The translations under genes were made by a program, and so were the position numbers. Positions 20,125-30,635 of a stretch of 64,000 bases of DNA are shown piece by piece. The stretch is from contig JBDRKI010000102.1 in the NCBI GenBank assembly GCA_043814095.1, positions 84,308 through 148,307 of the forward strand. The letters run 5' to 3'. The first letter of the stretch is position 1. The number at the start of each line of letters is the position of its first letter. The notes under the pieces are model-generated. The model searched no databases, was not told the origin of the DNA, and worked only from the letters and a program-made list of their open reading frames with translations. Source of the stretch: Armatimonadota bacterium. Its GTDB lineage: Bacteria > Vulcanimicrobiota > JACPDS01 > JBDRKI01.

Positions 20125-21183
20125 TTATTTTGATTTTATGGTGGCATACCTGCCGCATGAAGCCGCTGTTTTAAACAGTTTAAAGTTATTAAAGATTTTA
20201 TTCAAGCCGTACGCTACCGCGTAAGAAGGCTCGGGAGCGAGATAACATCTCACGCCCGTTACCCCGGAAAGGTATTTATCAAGCCCTTTAAGGCATGAAC
20301 CCCCGCCTGCCAAACAGATGCCGTTATCCATTATATCAACGGAAAGCTCGGGAGGCGTAACTTCAAGAACGGATTTTACAAGATTCCCGATCGTAACCAC
20401 AACATTGCTTAAAGCCGAAGCTATCTCGTTATTCGTGATCTGAACTGTTTCGGGAAGGTTCGTGATTATGCTCCTCCCCCTTATATTCATGCTCTTTATA
20501 TCATTTGTAGGCACAGCCTGACCTAAAAATATTTTAATTTCTTCCGCGGTACGGCTGCCTATAAGAAGATCATGCTGCTTTTTTACGTAATCCATGATGG
20601 CTTCATCCATCTCGTCCCCTGCAATATTCACGGCTTTTGACACAACTACATTGCCCATGGATATAACCGACACCTCGCTTGTACCGCCCCCTATGTCAAG
20701 AATCATGCATCCGCACGGCTTATCAACAGGCAGGCCCGCGCCCAAAGCCGCCGCGACAGTCTGTTCTATAAGGTAAGCAGATCTGCATCCCGCCATTCTG
20801 GCAGCCTCAAGAACGGCCTTCCTTTCAACTCCGGTTGCTTGCGTGGGTATTCCCAGTATAACACGCGGCTTAAAAAGCTTTTTAGCCCTTATTTTCTCCA
20901 GATAGTAATCCAGCATCTTCTGTACGGCGTCAAAATTATTAATTATGCCGTCCTTTAAAGGACGTATAACCTGTATATATTCAGGTTCCCTGCCGTACAT
21001 GAGCTTTGCTTCAAAACCAACGGCAACAAGTTTATTCTTCCTTTTGTCAAAAGCTATATATGAAGGCTCGCGCAGTCTTATACCCCTGTTTTTTACTATA
21101 ATAGGAGTATTTGCGGTACCCAGGTCTATTCCCACGTCATAGGAAAATTTGCTCATTAACTCATCTACGAAATAATTCCACAT
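20125..21183 (-). CDS. mreB: Actin-like MreB
   Basis: GIDLGTANT, RPLKDG, DIGGGTSE, LAGGGS. Confidence 0.95.
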   Translation of the reverse strand: MWNYFVDELMSKFSYDVGIDLGTANTPIIVKNRGIRLREPSYIAFDKRKNKLVAVGFEAKLMYGREPEYIQVIRPLKDGIINNFDAVQKMLDYYLEKIRAKKLFKPRVILGIPTQATGVERKAVLEAARMAGCRSAYLIEQTVAAALGAGLPVDKPCGCMILDIGGGTSEVSVISMGNVVVSKAVNIAGDEMDEAIMDYVKKQHDLLIGSRTAEEIKIFLGQAVPTNDIKSMNIRGRSIITNLPETVQITNNEIASALSNVVVTIGNLVKSVLEVTPPELSVDIMDNGICLAGGGSCLKGLDKYLSGVTGVRCYLAPEPSYAVAYGLNKIFNNFKLFKTAASCGRYATIKSK

Positions 21184-21193
21184 AAATTAAAAA

Positions 21194-22384
21194 TTACGGA
21201 CCTTCCTTAATAACTTTTTCCTTTTCTTTCTTGCTCTCTTTCTCAAAATACCCCTCAAACTCTTCTTTCAACTGCAATGCCTTTTTGTAATCGGAAGAGT
21301 TAGTTTCTTTTATAATATTCAACAGCATATCTATGCCTTTCTTGGTCATCTTAGGCATGCTCTCACTGCTGTCAGGCGACGGAGGGCACCACCAGTAAGT
21401 GCAGCTGTTTAAACTCTTATCGAAATCCTCAAGCAGCCTTCTTACGGAATTTATCGCAATATCGGTAAGCTCCCACAAAATATGGTGGCATTTATTATAA
21501 TGGCTCTTCCATAAGGGATAAAAATCGCCTCTCCAGAAATCTTCCGAAGTTGTTGACCAGCTCCCCGGGGGTACGCTTTTTTCAAGCTTGGGAAATTTTT
21601 CCATAAGGTCCGTTATTTTTACAAGCTCTATTTTATCTTCCATTCTTTCTAAGGCATCCAGGAACGGCTCAAGGAAGTTTTCAATATAGCCTTTAACATG
21701 ATGGCCAAAAGTCTCCCCGTCCATGGCAAGCACCATATACCCGTTTTGAGTTTTAAACCACCCGCCCAGTTCCCTGAGCATCCGGCCCAATACAACATCC
21801 CCCCTGAAATGATGCCCCTGCGCGTCTTTATCAAAACTTATACTGTTGCTCCAGTGATTTGATCTTAAGAAAACGGCAAGGTCATCTACAGAAGGAATAT
21901 AATTATAAGGGGCTTCCTGGTGAATACAGCCGAAAGGTATGTCTTCGGTAATAGTCCATTTATAGCCGGCTACTTTAATATCGCTTACTATCTCATGGCC
22001 GAAAGCCATCTCGGGCGGAAAAAATCCTTCACGCGTGTAATTTTTGCCGAATATCTTTTTGTTGTTTTCATAATTTATGCGTATCTGTCTTCTTCTCAGG
22101 TCTTCAGGAATTAAAGGAAGTATGACATGGTAAGCGGCAGTGCCTGTTATCTCAATCTTGCCCGCGTCCAGGCATTTTTTTATGGACTCAACCACATCCG
22201 CATACCCGTTATTTAAAAGAAGCTCGGTTAATGACCAGTTTATATTTACGGTAAATCTCGCCTTGGGTTTTCTGAGTATTAAATCAAATAAAGGCCTGTA
22301 GCATTCCTCAACTATCTGTTTTAATACAAAATCATACTGCTCCGGCGGCTGGTAAATATGCAGCAAAAATCCTAAATAAATCAT
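21194..22384 (-). CDS. Glycoside hydrolase family 57
   Basis: LHIYQP, FFPPEMAF (nucleophile Glu), LAMDGETFGHH (acid/base Asp), GSWS. Confidence 0.88.
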   Translation of the reverse strand: MIYLGFLLHIYQPPEQYDFVLKQIVEECYRPLFDLILRKPKARFTVNINWSLTELLLNNGYADVVESIKKCLDAGKIEITGTAAYHVILPLIPEDLRRRQIRINYENNKKIFGKNYTREGFFPPEMAFGHEIVSDIKVAGYKWTITEDIPFGCIHQEAPYNYIPSVDDLAVFLRSNHWSNSISFDKDAQGHHFRGDVVLGRMLRELGGWFKTQNGYMVLAMDGETFGHHVKGYIENFLEPFLDALERMEDKIELVKITDLMEKFPKLEKSVPPGSWSTTSEDFWRGDFYPLWKSHYNKCHHILWELTDIAINSVRRLLEDFDKSLNSCTYWWCPPSPDSSESMPKMTKKGIDMLLNIIKETNSSDYKKALQLKEEFEGYFEKESKKEKEKVIKEGP

Positions 22385-22503
22385 ACTCGCACCTCTATAT
22401 AAGTAATACATTAAATATATCTAATCTAAGTTAAACTAAAATAAACTAATTTAAGTTATTATTATGCTTTTTATAATCTATTCCTTCAGGAATAAAAGAA
22501 AAA

Positions 22504-22531
22504 TATAAGGGCGGTAAAAACCGCCCTTATA
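22504..22531 (-). terminator. Intrinsic terminator after outer-membrane protein gene
   Basis: TATAAGGGCGGT-aaaa-ACCGCCCTTATA hairpin with T-rich tail on the minus strand. Confidence 0.75.
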
Positions 22532-22568
22532 GATATACGATTAACGATTTTGTTAATATATTCAAGTA

Positions 22569-23360
22569 TTAATATGAGTATGTGAAGTTTAGGAACGGAC
22601 CGCCGTTATTGAGCTCAAATATGTCGCCGAGATCTGTGTTTTTGCCTTTTAAATGGAGCCATTTGTAACCGAGATCACATGCCCAGTTCTGATAGAAATC
22701 CCAGGTAAGTCCGGCATCTACATCGAACATTTCGCCTTCTTTGGAGCCCGAATTGCCCTTCATAAAGTTTATTCTTCCTATACCGTTTAAGTTCTGAGTT
22801 ATTTTTGTTTTTCCAAACAAACCAACTTCCGGGATCAAGGTCTTCTGCGAAGTAGCCATAGTTCCGCCTCGTGTGGTATCTGTTATGGCCAGTGAGGCAC
22901 CGCCGTATTTAACACCCAATGTGGCACATAGATAGCCGCTGTCGCTCTCAAAAACCTTTTTCTCGTAGATAATATCTACAAATTTTGTGATAACCTTTGT
23001 GTCTATCACATCACCTGTGAAGAAAGTGTTGTTTCTCCAAGTAATATTTCTTAATAAGGTTTTTGTACCCTTATTCTCTACTGAAAGATAATTTGCATAC
23101 AAAGAAGATGTAGCATCAAATTTGTAGCGGAAATTTAAGAGTACTGAACCGGCATTATCGACACCGAGGTCGTTTACCAGATCAAAAGTTTGGTCAGCAG
23201 TAGCGCCAACACCCGGTTTTAATGAACCGGTTATTGAGGGCATCCAGTAGCCCGCGCCTACTTCACCTGTATAATCCTGGGTAAAATAGGTGTCCTGAGC
23301 AAAAGTAGCTCCCATGCAGAAAACAAATGCTAAGACTAGTAATAATACAAATTTTTTCAT
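22569..23360 (-). CDS. Outer-membrane beta-barrel protein
   Basis: Sec signal (ATFA|QD), alternating aromatic beta strands, C-terminal beta-signal GPFLNFTYSY. Confidence 0.8.
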   Translation of the reverse strand: MKKFVLLLVLAFVFCMGATFAQDTYFTQDYTGEVGAGYWMPSITGSLKPGVGATADQTFDLVNDLGVDNAGSVLLNFRYKFDATSSLYANYLSVENKGTKTLLRNITWRNNTFFTGDVIDTKVITKFVDIIYEKKVFESDSGYLCATLGVKYGGASLAITDTTRGGTMATSQKTLIPEVGLFGKTKITQNLNGIGRINFMKGNSGSKEGEMFDVDAGLTWDFYQNWACDLGYKWLHLKGKNTDLGDIFELNNGGPFLNFTYSY

Positions 23361-23495
23361 GTTTTTACCTCCCGTAATAATATATTACATAATGGTATTA
23401 TATGATATACGAAATGTCAATATACCCACAATACAGCATTAATATTGACGTTTTCATGCTATATAGTTATAATATTTAAAATATCTTAATTGGTA

Positions 23496-23524
23496 TTGCA
23501 TTAAAATTGAAAATATGCTAAAAT
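23496..23524 (+). promoter_or_regulatory. sigma70 promoter of rpmB
   Basis: TTGCAT-17 nt-(TGc)TAAAAT; followed by hairpin CGCTCC-ttac-GGAGCG (23530-23545). Confidence 0.55.
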
Positions 23525-23587
23525 GACTTCGCTCCTTACGGAGCGTCTCTTTACAGAGTGTTCATTAAAAGAATGGAGATGAATATT

Positions 23588-23779
23588 ATGGCTAAAAAAT
23601 GTGAAATTTGCGGAAAAGGCCCGGCTACCGGCACCGCGGTAACCCATTCAAATATTAAAACAAAAAGAAGATGGCTGCCGAACCTGCAGACAGCTACTTT
23701 AATAATTGAGGGTCAGAAAAAGAAAATGAAAGTCTGCACAAGATGTATAAGAACCAATAAAAAGAAAGTTAAAGTATAA
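23588..23779 (+). CDS. rpmB: 50S ribosomal protein L28 (Zn-binding form)
   Basis: MAKKCEICGK...HSNIKTKRRWLPNL...VCTRC. Confidence 0.97.
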   Translation: MAKKCEICGKGPATGTAVTHSNIKTKRRWLPNLQTATLIIEGQKKKMKVCTRCIRTNKKKVKV

Positions 23780-23801
23780 AAATATACTTTAACTGAAATT
23801 A

Positions 23802-23841
23802 TAAATTAAAAGACCGCTTTTTACGGCGGTCTTTTAATTTA
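23802..23841. terminator. Bidirectional intrinsic terminator between rpmB and amylase gene
   Basis: TAAATTAAAAGACCGC-tttttacg-GCGGTCTTTTAATTTA. Confidence 0.8.
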
Positions 23842-23869
23842 TTCCAAATTTACATATTATTTATTCACT

Positions 23870-25411
23870 TTACTTATTGGCATAAACCCCTGTTTCATAT
23901 TTATCAAGTTCAATAACCGTTCCTGCGTCTTTTACCTCTATATTCTCACCGATTACCGTCTGACACTCAGGATTATTTTTTGAGTAATAACCATCCTTTA
24001 TATTCAAATTTTTAAGACATATGCGTTTCTTGGGGCCTTTATTAGCGGCGAATAAAATACTGCTGCCGTTATAATTCCTTTCAAAAACAAATACATCTTT
24101 ATCAGCTTCAAGAACCTTTATATCTCCTTCTGAAACTGCCGGATTTTCTTTGCGCAGATCTGACAGCTTTTTAAGGTTTTTTCCGAAATTATTCAGCTTA
24201 AAGCTTTCCATCATCTGTCTGTTATAAGGATCTGAGCCGAACCCCCATGGAGTGGCTATATCTTTATGCATAAACTGCTCGGTACCGTAATAAATACAGG
24301 GGATACCGGGAGTGAGCATCATGGTGTAAACGGCAATTTGTGTCCGCTTTTCAGCTTCTTCTTCTCCGTATTTCTGGCTTAACAAAGACATAATTCTGGG
24401 CATATCGTGGTTGTCTATAAAATTAACTTTTTCATTGACATATTTAAAATTAGGAAGAACCTTGTAATAATCTTCCAGAACTTTAAATGAATTGTCATTT
24501 ACAAAAACTTCCTTCATGTAATGCGTGTTGGAAAAATCTATTAAAGGAATGTCCGCTTTCTTTTCATAGAAACAGGCAAGATCATTCTCGGGGCCCGCGT
24601 CATACCATTCGCCGAAAACAAAAACATCTTTCTTCTGCTTCATGGATTTTACGAAATCATTTAAGTAAAAAGGTGGAATATATTTGACCGTATCAAGACG
24701 GAAGCCGTCAATGCCCGTATCCAGCCAGAAAAGATAGCAGTCTTTTAACATTTCATACACATAAGGGTTGTCCTGGCTTAAATCGGCCAGATCAAGAAGG
24801 TTCCTGTAGTAATAATTCCCTAAGTCCTTATCCTTAGAAAAATCTATAGACCCATTGTGATGGAAGTACCCTCCCGCGTCATGGGAATAATCACCCAGAA
24901 GTTTTCCGTCATAATACAAAGCCCCGTCTATGCCCTGTCCTGCCGGACTTGTATGGTTTAATACTATATCAAGAATAACCTTGATGCCGTTTTTATGGCA
25001 TGTATCTACAAGCTCTTTGAATTTTTCTAGCGTGCCGAAATGGGGATTTATCTTTTTAAAATCTTTTGCCCAGTAGCCGTGATATCCGGCTATTTTCTCA
25101 TCACCGCCGTACCAGTAAAGCTTCTCGGTATTTTCAACTACCGGTGTTATCCATATTGCGGTTACGCCCAGGCTTTTAAGATAAGGAATTTTATCTATTA
25201 TGCCCTGAAAATCACCTCCCCAGTAAAGTTTCCAGTCTTTTTTATCCTGCGAGAAAATCTCGCCGCCGAAGTTATTGGTTTTATCCCCGTCAAAGAAGCG
25301 GTCTGTCATTATAAGGTATATTGTATCACCCGTAAAAGAAGACGCGTAAACGCCCGAAAAAAAAGAAACAATAAAAATAGCGGCTAAAAGCAGCAGGAGC
25401 CTTCTTTTCAT
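23870..25411 (-). CDS. Secreted GH13 alpha-amylase (CGTase/maltogenic amylase-like)
   Basis: Signal peptide (VYA|SS), IYLIMTDRFFDGD, YHGYW, GFRLDTVK, FGEW, FIDNHD. Confidence 0.92.
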   Translation of the reverse strand: MKRRLLLLLAAIFIVSFFSGVYASSFTGDTIYLIMTDRFFDGDKTNNFGGEIFSQDKKDWKLYWGGDFQGIIDKIPYLKSLGVTAIWITPVVENTEKLYWYGGDEKIAGYHGYWAKDFKKINPHFGTLEKFKELVDTCHKNGIKVILDIVLNHTSPAGQGIDGALYYDGKLLGDYSHDAGGYFHHNGSIDFSKDKDLGNYYYRNLLDLADLSQDNPYVYEMLKDCYLFWLDTGIDGFRLDTVKYIPPFYLNDFVKSMKQKKDVFVFGEWYDAGPENDLACFYEKKADIPLIDFSNTHYMKEVFVNDNSFKVLEDYYKVLPNFKYVNEKVNFIDNHDMPRIMSLLSQKYGEEEAEKRTQIAVYTMMLTPGIPCIYYGTEQFMHKDIATPWGFGSDPYNRQMMESFKLNNFGKNLKKLSDLRKENPAVSEGDIKVLEADKDVFVFERNYNGSSILFAANKGPKKRICLKNLNIKDGYYSKNNPECQTVIGENIEVKDAGTVIELDKYETGVYANK

Positions 25412-25426
25412 AAGTCCTCCTCGTTT

Positions 25427-26077
25427 TTAATGGGATGCGTGAAGTACCGCAAGCAGCATCCCTTTTTTATATTCTATACTGACTTCATCTTTAACAATTA
25501 TATTGCTTAAAGTCAGCGAACTTCCCCAATTAATATCTTTATTTTTGATCTCGTATCTTAAACCGTTTGTCAGGACATTTTTTACATGGGGAGTAAGAGG
25601 TACAAGGGTCAAAATTTTATCTTTTCTTCCGTTAATTTTTGTTTTCTTATCTAATATATATAATTCACTGTCCTGTGATAGAAACTTTATCTTATTAAGG
25701 TATTCTTTCCTGCTTAACGGCAGAAATATATTTATAAGTTCATGGTCAATCCTGCCCCCGAGCGCCGCTAAAACTATTATCTCCCCGGGATTTAAGAGCA
25801 CCGCGTCATCAATGGCAAGCTCTAAATCGCTTTTATCTTTATCTTTGGGGTATTTTTTGAATATAAGGTCGGTATTTCTTCTTTGGAGCTGTTTTACCAT
25901 GTTTTTGTCTATGGAATCAATATCCCCTATTATCATATCCGGGGTAATGCCTAAAAGAAAAGCAAGATAAGTCCCGCCGTTCGCGCATATTATAAAATCT
26001 TCGTCATTTATAATATTTCTGTAAAACCTTAAATCTTCTATCTGCCCGTTAGCCAGAATAATAACTCTGTTTAACAT
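25427..26077 (-). CDS. thiN: Thiamine pyrophosphokinase
   Basis: GDIDSI, KDKSDLELA, ALGGRIDH, GLRY, LSN. Confidence 0.9.
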   Translation of the reverse strand: MLNRVIILANGQIEDLRFYRNIINDEDFIICANGGTYLAFLLGITPDMIIGDIDSIDKNMVKQLQRRNTDLIFKKYPKDKDKSDLELAIDDAVLLNPGEIIVLAALGGRIDHELINIFLPLSRKEYLNKIKFLSQDSELYILDKKTKINGRKDKILTLVPLTPHVKNVLTNGLRYEIKNKDINWGSSLTLSNIIVKDEVSIEYKKGMLLAVLHASH

Positions 26078-26094
26078 ATTATTATCTCCATATA

Positions 26095-26628
26095 CTATTT
26101 ATATGTTCTTAAACTTCTGGTCTTGGTTATCCTGTAAATAAAAGGCATTAAAAGATACAGGATTAAAAGAACAGGGATTATATAAGAGGCATTGTATACG
26201 ATAGAATAAAACCAGGGATTCGCAAACTCGGGTATGTAAGATTTAAAAAATATATATCCCGATACACAGTGGAACAGGAATCTTAAAAACACGGCGGCAG
26301 TCACGCCTATATATAAATTTAACATAGTGAGCCTCTTTGTAAAAAGAGCCGCTACGGATAAACTTCCGAAAGCAAGCGGGTAATCAAGCAGAACCTGCAC
26401 GGGATGTATGGCAAAAGGGGCCTGGAAAAAATGAAAGATGCCGAACAGGCACCCTCCTATAAGACCGGGCCAGAAACCGGCCGTTAAAACTAAAATCAGC
26501 AAGGGAAGCATCTCAAGAGATACCTCGCCCCCCTGGGGCATACGGAAGAGTTTAAAATAGCTTAAAATCAAAGCTAATGCTATACATATACCTATATCAG
26601 CTATGATTTTAGTATTATTTGATCTCAT
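26095..26628 (-). CDS. thiT: ECF S-component, thiamine transporter ThiT
   Basis: MPQGGEVSL, HPVQVLLDYPLAF, YSIVYNASY. Confidence 0.92.
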   Translation of the reverse strand: MRSNNTKIIADIGICIALALILSYFKLFRMPQGGEVSLEMLPLLILVLTAGFWPGLIGGCLFGIFHFFQAPFAIHPVQVLLDYPLAFGSLSVAALFTKRLTMLNLYIGVTAAVFLRFLFHCVSGYIFFKSYIPEFANPWFYSIVYNASYIIPVLLILYLLMPFIYRITKTRSLRTYK

Positions 26629-27010
26629 TTATATATTCTTCTATTTTATCAATAAACTCACGGGCATTAATAATCTGAGCATCGGCGCTTTGTTTATTTG
26701 CCACATAAAAATCATCATAATCGCTCTGAACCCTGATTTTTTCAGCCGCCATCAAGATTTGACCGTATTTCACATCAATTTTTTGTGCTTTTATATAATT
26801 TTGATTAAAGTAAGATATTATACCTGAATGCTTTTTTGAATCAAATTTATCAAAAGCCAATAATGCTCTTGTAGCGTGAAAAATAGCATAATAAGAACGG
26901 TTTAATGACTGGGCAAATTTGCCGTTTTGAAGCATTAACTCTGAACTTTCCAAATCGCTTTTTGCTTTTTCAATCCGGTATTTTGCTAATTCAAGCAGCT
27001 TTCCGTCCAT
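26615..27010 (-). CDS. HEPN-domain protein (UPF0332 type)
   Basis: NRSYYAIFHA, SKKHSG, RVQSDY; overlaps MNT gene. Confidence 0.88.
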   Translation of the reverse strand: MDGKLLELAKYRIEKAKSDLESSELMLQNGKFAQSLNRSYYAIFHATRALLAFDKFDSKKHSGIISYFNQNYIKAQKIDVKYGQILMAAEKIRVQSDYDDFYVANKQSADAQIINAREFIDKIEEYINEIK

Positions 27011-27359
27011 AAATTTCTATTCCTTCCTCATACACATTCCTGTAAAAAGGCAGTACATCCTGGTATTCACTAAACTGACGGTAATTTTTTAATATAACTG
27101 ACAGTAAAACATTGTATTTTAACGATAAGTCAAAAGTTATTTTTGATATTTCTACATCATATTTTTCAATATTTTCTTCGCTGTCATCTATTAACAGCAT
27201 TATGTCTATATCAGAATCGGCTAACCATTCTCCGCGGACGCAGGATCCATAAAGAATAATTTTTACCAGACTCTCACCTATGATTTTTTGAAATTCTGTT
27301 CTAACATACGTTAAAACCTGCCGGATATTTTCATTGTTTATGGATAAATCCTGATTCAT
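26991..27359 (-). CDS. Minimal nucleotidyltransferase (MNT) antitoxin
   Basis: ILYGSCVRG...SDIDI motif; C-terminal FYRNV.EEG. Confidence 0.9.
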   Translation of the reverse strand: MNQDLSINNENIRQVLTYVRTEFQKIIGESLVKIILYGSCVRGEWLADSDIDIMLLIDDSEENIEKYDVEISKITFDLSLKYNVLLSVILKNYRQFSEYQDVLPFYRNVYEEGIEIYGRKAA

Positions 27360-27417
27360 TTTATTAAAACCTCTATTTTTATTGTTTTCTATATCATATT
27401 ATACTATACCTGCATAA

Positions 27418-28725
27418 TTATTCTATTAATTCATAAATAAGAGGTTTTTTCTCAGACTGTTTATCTTCTATATGTATGGATTTTAAGAGTATTTTTTCGC
27501 TTTCTTTGGTTTTATCCGGATTATTAGACCAGATCTGCGCTATTATCTCTCCTTTATTTACCCTGTCGCCAACTCTTTTTTTCAAAATTACGCCTACCGC
27601 GGGATCAATCACATCTTCCTTTGTGGCTCTGCCTGCCCCTAATATCATGGCTGAAACCCCTATTTCCTGAGCGTCCATTGAATAAACATAACCGTCTACG
27701 GGGGATACTATATCTTCTTTGTACTTTGGCTGTGGCAGAAGGCCTACATCATCAACAACTTTCCCGTCACCGCCCTGGGCATTTATTAACTCTTTAAATT
27801 TTTCCGCGCCTTTACCGCTTTTAAGAATTTCTTCAGCTACTTTAAGACCTTCTTCAAAATCTTTAGATTTACCGCCCATATGTATAAGATGGCCCGCTAA
27901 AGTTAAAGAAACTTCTTCTAAAGGCGTCCCAGAAAGCTTGTTATTCAAAATTAAAATAGCTTCTTTTACTTCCAAAGCGTTGCCTATCATCGCCCCTAAA
28001 GGTTCATCCATATTTGTAATCAATGCTTTCACTTTTTTACCCGACAGCTTCCCTATATCAACCATCGTGCTTGCGAGATCGTGCGCCATCTGGTAATCCT
28101 TCATAAAGGCGCCGCTGCCCACTTTAACATCAAGAAGTATGGCATCCGAGCCCGCGGCAAGTTTTTTACTCATTACCGAACTCGCGATCAAAGGTATACT
28201 TTCAACGGTAGCCGTTACATCGCGCAGTGCGTATATCTTTTTATCCGCAGGCACTAAATTCCCGGTCTGGCCTATAACCGCCACGCCTATGTCATTAACC
28301 TGCTTAAAAAATTCTTCATGGGTAAGATCTACTTTAACGCCCGGGATAGACTCAAGTTTATCAAGCGTCCCGCCGGTATGGCCTAAGCCCCGTCCGGACA
28401 TCTTGGCAACAGGCAGGCCCGCCGCCGCGACTATGGGGGCCAGTATAAGGGTGGTTGTATCCCCCACCCCGCCAGTTGAATGCTTATCCACTTTAATACC
28501 GGGGATAGAAGACAGGTCTACTTTATCCCCGCTGTCTATAAATACTTTTGTTAAATCGGTAGTTTCATGCTCGTTCATCCCTTTTATAAACACAGCCATC
28601 GCGAAAGAAGCCATCTGGTAATCAGGCACTTCCCCTTTTACATAGCCCATAATCATAGATTCAATCTCTTCTTTGGTTAATATATGACCGTCTCTTTTTT
28701 TCGCTATAACATCATATGCTCTCAT
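27418..28725 (-). CDS. pdp: Pyrimidine-nucleoside phosphorylase
   Basis: DKHSTGGVGD, KMSGRGLGHTGGTLDKLESIPG, YALRDVT. Confidence 0.96.
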   Translation of the reverse strand: MRAYDVIAKKRDGHILTKEEIESMIMGYVKGEVPDYQMASFAMAVFIKGMNEHETTDLTKVFIDSGDKVDLSSIPGIKVDKHSTGGVGDTTTLILAPIVAAAGLPVAKMSGRGLGHTGGTLDKLESIPGVKVDLTHEEFFKQVNDIGVAVIGQTGNLVPADKKIYALRDVTATVESIPLIASSVMSKKLAAGSDAILLDVKVGSGAFMKDYQMAHDLASTMVDIGKLSGKKVKALITNMDEPLGAMIGNALEVKEAILILNNKLSGTPLEEVSLTLAGHLIHMGGKSKDFEEGLKVAEEILKSGKGAEKFKELINAQGGDGKVVDDVGLLPQPKYKEDIVSPVDGYVYSMDAQEIGVSAMILGAGRATKEDVIDPAVGVILKKRVGDRVNKGEIIAQIWSNNPDKTKESEKILLKSIHIEDKQSEKKPLIYELIE

Positions 28726-28737
28726 AAATACCTCCAA

Positions 28738-30624
28738 CTAATCTATAAATTCCCTGAACCAGACTTCAGTTGTAAGATAACGCCATATCTGCCAGCTTAA
28801 GTCAGCTTCTCCTGTTACATGCTTCCGGAACTGTTTTTCAACCTCTTTATGATTAAATATATTCCTGTTCTTGGATTTTTCCGATAATAAAATATCCGCC
28901 ACATCATTTTTAATATCGCTCCTTAACCACCTGGCAAAAGGAGTAGGATATCCTTTTTTATCCCGTCTTTCTACAACCTCACGGGGAAGCACGTCTTTTA
29001 ACGCTTTTCTCATTACAACTTTTGTCGTATCTTCTTTTATCTTTTCCTCAAAAGGAAGCCCCATACAGAATTCAACCAGGCGGTAATCCAGAAACGGCAC
29101 GCGCGATTCAATGGAAAATGCCATTGAATTCCTGTCTTCATAATGAAGAAGTGCCGGGATTGACGTTCGCGTAAGGGCCGCATAAGAAGCATTATCTAAA
29201 TCGTTTTTAAATTTCCTGCCGTTTGTCCTTACAAGTCTGTCTTTAACTGCCGCAAATACAAATTCCGGATGAAAAACAGAAGAGCCTTCTTTCTTAAAAA
29301 GGTTTATCTTCGGCATCCTGAGAAGATTATTTAAAAATCTGGGGAGCAGAACTTCTCTTAACATCTCAACTTTGCCACCGCAGAACTCCATATTCGTCAA
29401 CTCTTTAATCTTGGGATACTCATTAAGTATCCTTCTGGCCAGATCAAGCGAACCTGTATTATTTTCCTTTTTTACCGATGAAAGATAATGTTCGAAAAAG
29501 TAAAAATAACCGCCTAACAGTTCATCCGCACCCTGTCCGTCAAGCAGAACCTTAACATTGTCCTGGGCAAGCTGCATTACATGCCACTGCGAGTAAAGGC
29601 CGGGGCCGGCGCTCGGTTCATCCTGATGGTATACAATCTTTTTTAAGATATCCATAAAATTCTTGCTCTCGGGAAATACCTGATGGGAAATTGTATTATT
29701 AAAATTATTAACTATATTTATATAATAACTCTCATCACAGTCTTTATCTTCGTAAATAGACGAAAAAGTATGCATCCGGGCTTCAATCATCTTTGAAGAA
29801 AGCGTCACTATGGATGACGAATCAAGACCACCGCTTAAACATGTCCCTACGGGCACATCGGATCTTAAACGGAGGTTAACAGCTTTTGTAAGAAGCTCGA
29901 GAAAAGTCTCCTCCGGTTTTGTATAATCATAACTTTCTCTTGATGATTCATAATAATCCCAGTACCTGTAAATTTTAAGCTGGTTTCCCTCTATTGTAAG
30001 GCTGTGCGCGGGAGGCAGCGCTTTTATGTCTTTATAGAAGGTGTCATCCGCATCATCAAGCGCGCCGGTGTTAAAAAAGTAATGAAGGTATGAATAATGG
30101 GGGTTTTTAAGTCCGGGGTTATTTATAAGGAGCGCTTTTATCTCGGACGCGAAAACAAACGAAGAATTATTTTTATGGTAATAAAACGGCTTTATCCCGA
30201 AACGGTCACGGCTTGCAAAAATCTTTCTGTTTTTTACGTCATAAATAACAAAAGCCCACATACCGTTAAATTTATTCACACAGCTCTCACCCCACATAAG
30301 GTATGAAGCAAGAATTACTTCTGTGTCTGATGCGGACCTGAATTTATATCCTTTTTTTTCAAGTTCCTCGCGCAGTTCTATGTAATTATACACTTCGCCG
30401 TTGTGGATAATCCAGTAATTTTCATCCCCGTAAGACATCGGCTGGTGAGCAAGTTCCGATAAATCTATAATAGAGAGCCTTACATGGCCAAGCCCTATAT
30501 TTTTATCAATGAGTATACCTTCCCCGTCAGGACCACGGTGCTTTATGGTTTTAAGCATAGATAAAAGAGCTTCCTTTTCCACACTCTCATTATTTAAATT
30601 TATTATGCCAGCAATTCCGCACAC
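28738..30624 (-). CDS. asnB: Glutamine-hydrolysing asparagine synthase family amidotransferase (possibly LPS-related)
   Basis: MCGIAG, HRGPD, RDRFGIKP, LSGGLDSS, DGQGADE. Confidence 0.92.
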   Translation of the reverse strand: MCGIAGIINLNNESVEKEALLSMLKTIKHRGPDGEGILIDKNIGLGHVRLSIIDLSELAHQPMSYGDENYWIIHNGEVYNYIELREELEKKGYKFRSASDTEVILASYLMWGESCVNKFNGMWAFVIYDVKNRKIFASRDRFGIKPFYYHKNNSSFVFASEIKALLINNPGLKNPHYSYLHYFFNTGALDDADDTFYKDIKALPPAHSLTIEGNQLKIYRYWDYYESSRESYDYTKPEETFLELLTKAVNLRLRSDVPVGTCLSGGLDSSSIVTLSSKMIEARMHTFSSIYEDKDCDESYYINIVNNFNNTISHQVFPESKNFMDILKKIVYHQDEPSAGPGLYSQWHVMQLAQDNVKVLLDGQGADELLGGYFYFFEHYLSSVKKENNTGSLDLARRILNEYPKIKELTNMEFCGGKVEMLREVLLPRFLNNLLRMPKINLFKKEGSSVFHPEFVFAAVKDRLVRTNGRKFKNDLDNASYAALTRTSIPALLHYEDRNSMAFSIESRVPFLDYRLVEFCMGLPFEEKIKEDTTKVVMRKALKDVLPREVVERRDKKGYPTPFARWLRSDIKNDVADILLSEKSKNRNIFNHKEVEKQFRKHVTGEADLSWQIWRYLTTEVWFREFID

Positions 30625-30635
30625 TTAAAAACTCC

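Noticed and set aside
23530-23545. Hairpin in the rpmB leader as a riboswitch
   Set aside because: A single 6-bp stem with no recognisable aptamer features
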